DNA of 12,973 nucleotides from Myxococcota bacterium (GTDB lineage Bacteria; Myxococcota_A; SURF-8; G963663525), in NCBI GenBank assembly GCA_963676915.2, contig CAXXVK010000041.1:1-12973 (forward strand), in the 5' to 3' direction. Positions 6,838-12,973 of the stretch are shown here, piece after piece. The translations under genes and the position numbers were made by a program. Within the stretch, counting starts at the first letter, position 1. The number at the start of each line of letters is the position of its first letter. Below the pieces are notes generated by a model, which saw nothing but the letters and a program-made list of their open reading frames with translations, searched no databases and was not told where the DNA came from.

Positions 6838-8272
6838 CTATTTGCCGATGCAAAAGTTTGAAAAGATCGCGTCGAGCACACCCTCTTCGACACGCTCCCC
6901 GGTGATGGTGCCGAGCAAGTCCAGCGCCTGTCCCAGATCCATACTGACAACGTCCTCGCGCCCCTCTCTTTGCAGCGCTTCCCTGGCGCTATTGGTAAAT
7001 GCCAATGCGTGCTCGAGAACGTCTTTGTGCCGATGGTTCGTGATCACGCTGTATTCTCCTTTTTCCTCGACACTTTCCATGCAACGATCCGTAATATGTC
7101 TTTTTAATCGATCGATGCCGATGCCTCTTTTTGCAGATACCGCCAGCGAATCGAATCCAATCATTTCCGTCGGCATCTCCATGCCTTGTTCCGTGTCACA
7201 CAGGTCGATCTTGTTACGTATCAGCAAGGTCTTTTCCGTGTCAATTTGTTCGAGGATTTCCATATCCCCTTTTTGTATCGGGCGATGCGCTTCAACGACC
7301 ATCAGTATGAAATCCGCGAATTCGATGCGCTCCCTGGTTTTCTGCATCCCGATCACCTCTACCGGATCGCTGCTCTCGTGCAACCCGGCTGTATCCGCCA
7401 CGTGCATCTCGATGTTGCCGATCGGGATGATCTCTTCCACGGTATCCCGGGTGGTTCCCGGCACCGCTGTGACGATGGCCTTCTCCTTTCCGACCAGACG
7501 GTTCATGAGGCTCGATTTGCCCACATTGGGTCGTCCGACAATGACCAGCCTTACGCCATCACGAAAAATCCGACCACAGTGATAACTTTCCAATAATTTC
7601 TTGATGGGTTCTTTGACATCGCGCTCGATTCTGGAAATTCTTTCCGCCCTTTCCTCATCGAGCATGCCATCCACTTCGTCTGGAAATTCGATCTCTGCTT
7701 CAAGGTTTGCAACGATGTCGATGATTGCTTGTCTCGTGGCCTCTACCACGCTCCGGAGACCTCCGGTGAGCTGACGGGATGCGATTTCCATCGCGCCCCG
7801 ACTTTTCGCCTGGATGATATCGGCAACAGCCTCGGCTTGACTGAGATCGATCCGTCCGTTGATGAACGCCCTGCGCGTAAACTCCCCCGGGCCGGCAGCA
7901 CGAGCGCCGTTCTGGATGACGAGTTCCAGGATTTTCGAGACGACGATCAACCCGCCGTGCGAATGGATCTCGACCACATCTTCCCTGGTGTATGATCGCG
8001 GCGCTTTCATCGAAACGGCGAGCACCTCGTCGACCGTATGACCGGACGCCGGCTCCAGGATAAATCCATGAACAAATTGATGCGACCTGAACGGTGTCGT
8101 CCCGTCACGACGCTTTGAAGGGTCCTCGCCTGTTTTCGAAAAGAGCTTCCGAAGGATATTTTCCGCGAGATTCCCGGGAGATGCGTACGATGCCGATCCC
8201 CCCCATTCCGGCTGGGGTGGCCACCGCAGCAATGGTATCGTCGTCGATACCGAAATGGGAAAAATTGACCAT
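6838..8272 (-). CDS. mnmE: tRNA modification GTPase MnmE (TrmE); one frameshift near 8175
   Basis: DTIAAVATPAGMGGIGIVRIS, PRSYTREDVVEIHSHGG, GEFTRRAFINGRIDLSQAEAV, G1 GRPNVGKSS, GTTRD, DTAG, NKID, SAK and the C-terminal FCIGK*. Confidence 0.97.
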
Positions 8273-8311
8273 GGGGTTGAGTGCTGTCTTTGAAACCGAT
8301 GCCGTTCCTTG

Positions 8312-9081
8312 TCAGTTGGAACGCTTGCCCTTTCGTCTTCGTTTCGGAAAGACGATCAGTTTCCTGTAATTGCCGTCTCCGACGCTCTGGGTTCTTACGG
8401 CTTGATTGTCTTTCAGGTGCAGATGAACAATTCTCCGATCGTATGCGTTCATTTGACCGATGGTCACCGGCTTGTTTGATCTTTTGCGCTTTCTCCGCCA
8501 TTTTCGTGGCCATGCGTTTCAAGTTGGCTTGTCGGGTGTCGAGGTAGCCCTCTACATCGACGAGTATTCTCAGCCGGGTATCGTTTTGCTTGTTTACGAT
8601 TTTTTCGACCAGGTATTGCATGGCCTCCAGCGTCTGGCCCCGTTTCCCGATGAGCAGTCCGCTGTTGCCACCCTCAACCTTATATAGGATGCGCCCGTTC
8701 TTTCGCTCCGCTTGTATGCTGGATCCTTCTGAAATCGAGTCAACGACACGCTTCAGCGCGTCTTTTACCGCACTGAATTGCCGCCTGGCTTTTCTCGTCG
8801 CCTTCGCTTTCGGGCTCACGCTCCTCTTCCTCTTGGATACCGAATGCATCTTTGACCAGGTCCTGGGCCTGCTGCTTGGTGTCGTCACGCGTTTCCTTTG
8901 GGGCTTCTGCGCTTTTTACCCGAATTTTTGCCTTCTTTACGCCCACCAGCCCAAATATTCCGGTCGATCCGTATGAAATCACGTCGTATTCAATTTTGTT
9001 GATCGGTAGATCGAGCTCCTTGCCGGCCTTTTCCAGCGCCTTGTCTACGTTCTTTCCTTCATATTCCGTAAATTCGGACAT
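8312..9081 (-). CDS. jag: Jag/KhpB (EloR) RNA-binding protein (Jag_N, KH and R3H domains); frameshifted
   Basis: EYEGKNVDKALEKA...GSTGIFGLVGVKKAKIRV (Jag_N), LLIGKRGQTLEAMQYL (KH) and VDVEGY. After a shift: MNAYDRRIVHLHL...TQSVGDG...IVFPKRRRKGKRSN*, stop at 8314-8312. GGAGG RBS; position between yidC and mnmE. Confidence 0.92.
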
Positions 9082-9098
9082 GCCTTAACCTCCACACG

Positions 9099-10759
9099 TC
9101 ATGCTAATTTTTTTAGGGTGTTAATACTGCTGTGCAATAGATACGAGGTTGCTTATCAGCCAGTAGAGTACCAATCCCGACGGAAAGTTGATGAAGATGA
9201 AGGTAAATACGATCGGCATCAGCATCATCATCTTTGCCTGGGTTGGATCTCCCGGGGCCGGTGACATTTTCTGTTGCAGCAGCATGGTTGCGCCCATGAT
9301 CAGTGTCAGCACCGGAACGCCGTAAGGTTCATTCATGAATGGAATCTTAAACCCGAATTCAAAGAGACGGTCCGGAGCGGACAGGTCGTTGATCCAACCG
9401 AAGAAAGGCGCATGCCGCAGCTCGATCGCCTGATACAGCATTCTATAAAGCGCAAAGAATACCGGCAGTTGGATCAACATGGGTAGACAACCCCCCATTG
9501 GATTTATTTTGTAGGTTTTGTAGAGCGCCATCATCTCCTGGTTGAGTTTGGTTTTATCGCCCTTGTGCTTTTCTCTCAGCTCCTTCATCAGGGGCTGCAG
9601 TTTTCGCATGTCATTCATCGATTTGTAGCTTTTGTTGGCCAACGGCCAAAACATCAATCGTGTGGACGATGGTCAGGATGATAATGGCGATGCCATAGTT
9701 GGGGATGAATCCATATATAAAATTCATGAACCATAGACACGGCTTGGCAATGATATCCACCCATCCGAAATCGATGGCCCGATCCAGTTCGTACCCAACC
9801 GACTTTAACAACGTCAGGCTTTTCGGCCCCATGAAGATGCTGAGATTCCACGTGTAACGCTCTCCGGGTTCGAACACATGACCGTTGGTAACAAACTCAT
9901 TCCTTATGATTTTGTCCTTATATGATAGCAACATCCGCCCTTCGACCGGCTCTTTACTCATCAAGCTATTGATAAAATAGAGCTTCTCGGTGGCCACCCA
10001 GCGCAGAGTACCACTGATTTCGTTATTCTCTTCGATCTTCTTGACCTTGACCTGCTCCAGCTCTTCGTTCACCAGCCCACTCGGCCCCACGAAGCCGTAA
10101 ACCCCGCTCTCCTCATCGAAAAGATCGAGCAACCCGACGGCAATGCCCGTGTTCACGGCCTGATCGCTTCCATTGACCATGGTGACATCCAGATCGATGA
10201 CGTAGTGTTCCGGATCGAAATGGAATGTCTTAATGACCGACGACCCGTTACCCAGATCGTAGCTGAACTGCAGGGACCTGGACCGATCGACGCGAATCGT
10301 ATCCTCTGTTGTGTCGGCCGTGTATATCCCCTGGTTGAGCATCTCCTTTTCCAAAAGCGCTTAATGAAAGCAGGACGTACCTCTCTTTCATTTCCTGCGG
10401 GACGAGCTCCTTTTAGGAGATTCGGCTTCGACTTTTTCCCGGAAATTCTTCAGGGTCATACTGACCACTGCAGCGCCTCTTTCTGAAATGCGCATGGTGT
10501 ACAGTGGCCGTGTCGACGGTGATGCTGCGTGCATCATGTTTGACCACCGCGGCTTTCTCGTCGCCACCAACGCTCTCCGGCGCTGCAGGGGTTGGTTTCT
10601 CGACGACCCTGTCGACCGCCGTATCACTGACGGTCGGCGATTGACCCTGCTCTTCCGGGGCCACGGCCTGCTCTTGTGGTTTTGGTCCGAATGAGATGCT
10701 CCAGAGGAAAAACACAAGGAACGAGAGCCGATGGCTAACAAAAGACGCTTTTGTTCCAT
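9099..10759 (-). CDS. yidC: Membrane protein insertase YidC (long form with periplasmic domain); several frameshifts
   Basis: AAGGAG RBS and MEQKRLLL at 10759; TM1 [10 protein letters not shown]; [27 protein letters not shown]...[45 protein letters not shown]. Likely true stop is TGA at 9101-9099 after one more indel. Confidence 0.95.
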
Positions 10760-10893
10760 ACAAAATACTCCTTGACGCGTACCTGAATTGCTCCCGATAC
10801 GGTTTCTTTGACGAAGTAGGTACGACGGATGGTTGGATGAGGAAGAAACGCTTTGTTTCAACAAGGCAAGTGTATTTCACTTTTTGGAGGCGC

Positions 10894-11142
10894 CTAGGGT
10901 ACCGGATCGAAACCCCCGGTACTCCAAGGGTGGCAGCGCAAGAGCCGTTTGAGGGACATCAGCCCCCCTTTGATAACACCATACCGCTCGATCGCCGTCA
11001 TCGCGTAGTTCGAGCATGTCGGCTCGAAACGACACACGGGACCGAAAATTGGCGACACCACCAACTGGTATAATCGTATCACTGTTTTTGCCGCGAAAAC
11101 GCCGGCCGTTTTAATGCTCTTTAAACGCTGCAATCTTTCCAA
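10894..11142 (-). CDS. yidD: Membrane protein insertion efficiency factor YidD
   Basis: [10 protein letters not shown]...[46 protein letters not shown]. The start is uncertain (TTG at 11142 or 11133). Confidence 0.93.
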   Translation of the reverse strand: MERLQRLKSIKTAGVFAAKTVIRLYQLVVSPIFGPVCRFEPTCSNYAMTAIERYGVIKGGLMSLKRLLRCHPWSTGGFDPVP

Positions 11143-11522
11143 AATTCCTTCAAGAGCCTGAAATACTTTCTGGTGAGTGCTGTTAGCCGCTTCGCGCTTG
11201 CCAATGATATGAATATCCCAATGGTTTTGAATATATGGCGGTTTTGGCGAAAATACTCTCTGGTGAGGCGCTTGATTCTGTTTCTCGTCGCGGCGTTTCC
11301 TACTTTCGGCTAACGGTTACTCCTAGGCGGCATTGCGTATGGTCGTTGACATAAAAATATGCGATGAATAGCCGGTTTCCTGTCTTTTTTCCAAGCCGTC
11401 GATACGAAGGAATTCCGACCGATCTAGCAGCCTGTCCGCCTTGTGAATGTCTGCCTTGCTGATGAAATTCGCTTTCCCTATTCCGCTGTTTCTTCTGGAT
11501 CCGTCTGGTCGCTACTTCTCAA
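11111..11522 (-). CDS. rnpA: Ribonuclease P protein component; frameshifted, start uncertain; not in the ORF track
   Basis: Joined frames: [19 protein letters not shown]...NRLFIAYF...[29 protein letters not shown]...WDIHIIGK...VFQALEGI (RNR motif), between rpmH and yidD. No ATG nearby; the TTG at 11522 is followed by an in-frame TAG as sequenced. The stop at 11113-11111 assumes one missing T. Confidence 0.88.
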
Positions 11523-11544
11523 GTTGATGTCTGTTTTCTCCTGG

Positions 11545-11679
11545 TTAGAGGGCCAGACGTTTGCGACCTTTGGCGCGTCGACGGTTGATCACTGCGCGCC
11601 CGCCTTTTGTCGACATTCTTTTACGAAATCCGTGGGTTCGCACTCTTCTGATTTTGCTCGGTTGATATGTTCTTTTCAT
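11545..11679 (-). CDS. rpmH: 50S ribosomal protein L34; not in the ORF track
   Basis: Intact 44-aa frame [44 protein letters not shown] with an AAGGA RBS. Confidence 0.98.
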   Translation of the reverse strand: MKRTYQPSKIRRVRTHGFRKRMSTKGGRAVINRRRAKGRKRLAL

Positions 11680-11785
11680 GTTCCTTTTCCCTCGCTGTCA
11701 CGTTACCATTGGGTATCAGGGTCAAACCCTGTTGTTTTTCAAAGCAATTCGGTGCTTTACACCTTTATTTACGGTAGAAACCGTG

Positions 11786-11815
11786 AGGATAACCACAAGC
11801 CGTCAATCTTGTCAA
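11786..11815 (-). promoter_or_regulatory. Candidate sigma70 promoter of the rpmH operon
   Basis: Minus strand TTGACA (11815-11810), 18-nt spacer, TATCCT (11791-11786), with an AT-rich tract upstream of the -35. Confidence 0.55.
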
Positions 11816-11834
11816 TATTTAAAATAAAGTCGCA

Positions 11835-12973
11835 CTAACTATAGGCCTCCAGGACATCGAACTCCTCGAGGTGAAATTGCGTTTCCGGGTAAATGGTCAC
11901 CTGCCGACCGATGCTGTTCTCCAGGGCGGTGATGATATGGCTCTCTTCACCAAGCAGCAGTTCGGCGATATAGGGATTGACCTTCAACGTCAATCCGCTT
12001 CCGACCATTTCTATGAAGTTGCGCATGATCTCCCGCTGTATGTTGTAGCAAATGGTCTTCTTGGAGAGCAGGTGCCCCTCCCCTTCGCAATAGAAACACG
12101 GTTCGCACAGCTGTCTCGTGAGCGGTTTACGTATGCGCTTGCGCGTCATCTGGATCAAACCCATCTCCGACATGGGCAGGATGTGGGTTTTGCTCCTGTC
12201 TTTGGCGAATGCTTCGTTCAGGGCGTTGAATACCTTCTCTTGATTGGCCCGTTTTTCCATATCGATGAAATCGATGATGATGATGCCGCCGATATCCCTC
12301 AGTCGGATCTGAAAGGCGATCTCTTTGACGGCCTCCAGGTTGGTCTTCAGAATGGTCTCTTCCAGGTTGTGCTTTCCCACGTAGCGACCGGTATTCACGT
12401 CGATGGCCACCAGGGCCTCGGTGTGTTCGATAACGATGTAACCCCCCGATTTCAGCCAAACCTTCTTTTTGAGGGCCCTGAAAATGTCGCCTTCAAGGTT
12501 GTAGTAATCGAATATGGGTTCGCTTCCTTCGTAGAGTTCCACGGAGTCCTTCAGGTTGGGAATGAACGTGTCTAGGAAATGAGGATTCCTGGCACCCCCG
12601 TCGGGAGTCGATGATCAGTTTTTCCGCTTCGTGAACCAACAGATCCCTGACGGCCCGCAGGCTGATATCCAACTCCTGATGGATCAGGTTGGGGGCACTG
12701 GCGCCCTGGTACCGTTTCTGGATGCCGCTCCACAGGTTGTTTAAAAAAACCATCTCCTGTTCGATTTTCCCGGAATCGACGCCCTCCGCCGCCGTCCGCA
12801 CGATATAGCCCACCATCTGTTCGCCGCGCAGTTCGGTGACCACCTCTTTGAGTCGCTGACGTTCCGGTTCGTCTTCGATGCGCCTGGAAATCCCGATGTG
12901 GTTGGATGTCGGCATGAGAACCAGAAAACGCCCCGGCAGCGATATATGGCAGGTGATCCGGGCCCCCTTGGTG
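11835..12973 (-). CDS. rng: Rne/Rng-family ribonuclease, RNase G-like (no long C-terminal scaffold); 3' part, starts beyond the right edge; frameshift near 12590
   Basis: KGARITCHISLPGRFLVLMP, IGISRRI, GYIVRTAAEG, VWLKSGGYIVIEHTEALVAIDVNTG, TNLEA, LRDIGGIIIIDFIDM, QMTRKR and the Zn-link CFYCEGEG. The protein ends about 85 aa after the Zn link. Confidence 0.93.

Noticed and set aside
6795-6950. ORF-track N-terminal extension of the YkgJ protein overlapping mnmE (and the similar 3743-3829 extension of the rubredoxin protein)
   Set aside because: Clear RBS-ATG pairs at 6794 and 3830 give the better starts; the YkgJ extension reads through parS (VSRET) and the end of mnmE.
9844-9859. Degenerate parS-like sequence GATTCCACGTGTAACG inside yidC
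   Set aside because: Only about 12/16 match with both ends broken, and it lies in coding sequence.
10760-10893. Upstream ORF before yidC as a MifM-like arrest peptide, or an N-terminal YidC extension
   Set aside because: No TM segment, no RBS and no recognisable arrest motif. A strong AAGGAG RBS marks ATG 10759 as the yidC start.
10894-11225. As sequenced, the RnpA C-terminus (WDIHIIGK...QALEGI) reads in frame into YidD, suggesting an RnpA-YidD fusion
   Set aside because: Adding one T to the T4 run near 11142 gives a normal RnpA end ([12 protein letters not shown]) overlapping the yidD start. With this indel rate an artefact is more likely.
11478-11522. In-frame TAG between a TTG start and the RnpA body, which could suggest amber readthrough or pyrrolysine
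   Set aside because: It is a single instance in an unconserved N-terminal extension of an error-rich sequence, and there are no pyl genes in the window.
6842-12575. Long plus-strand ORFs (e.g. 6842-7582, 10696-11073, 11443-11838, 11871-12575)
   Set aside because: They are antisense shadows of well-supported minus-strand genes in a GC-rich sequence, with no recognisable motifs.
1-12973. Calling the frameshifted genes pseudogenes or programmed frameshifts
   Set aside because: Breaks hit essential genes, several per gene and mainly in homopolymers, with motifs otherwise intact. That pattern fits sequencing error.

Overview
Housekeeping region of a GC-rich bacterium, probably a Desulfobacterota (Desulfobacterales-like) anaerobe; the taxon is inferred from the style of several proteins. 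Most long genes, including essential ones, are broken by 1-2 nt indels, mostly in homopolymers. This looks like uncorrected long-read error rather than pseudogenisation. Left to right: 5' part of pepD (-); a divergent oadG-like + oadB pair (+) with no alpha/biotin subunit, closed by a terminator; an ABM-domain protein (+); a protein with two rubredoxin-like domains fused to a DUF2231-like membrane domain (+); and an 18-bp hairpin. A long minus-strand run follows, in transcription order rng, rpmH, rnpA, yidD, yidC, jag, mnmE, YkgJ-family Cys-cluster gene, conserved hypothetical, PrmA-like methyltransferase. Main points: (1) a perfect parS (TGTTTCACGTGAAACA) lies in the 43-bp gap after mnmE, 3 nt from the next RBS. 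(2) The rpmH..mnmE block lacks its usual neighbours, dnaA/oriC upstream and mnmG-rsmG-parAB downstream. (3) An uncharacterised three-gene module sits downstream instead, and its methyltransferase carries a winged-helix (possibly DsrD-like) N-terminus. (4) The tandem-rubredoxin membrane protein and the orphan Na+-pump module with an extended gamma subunit are also unusual. No CRISPR array, tRNA, rRNA or mobile element was seen.
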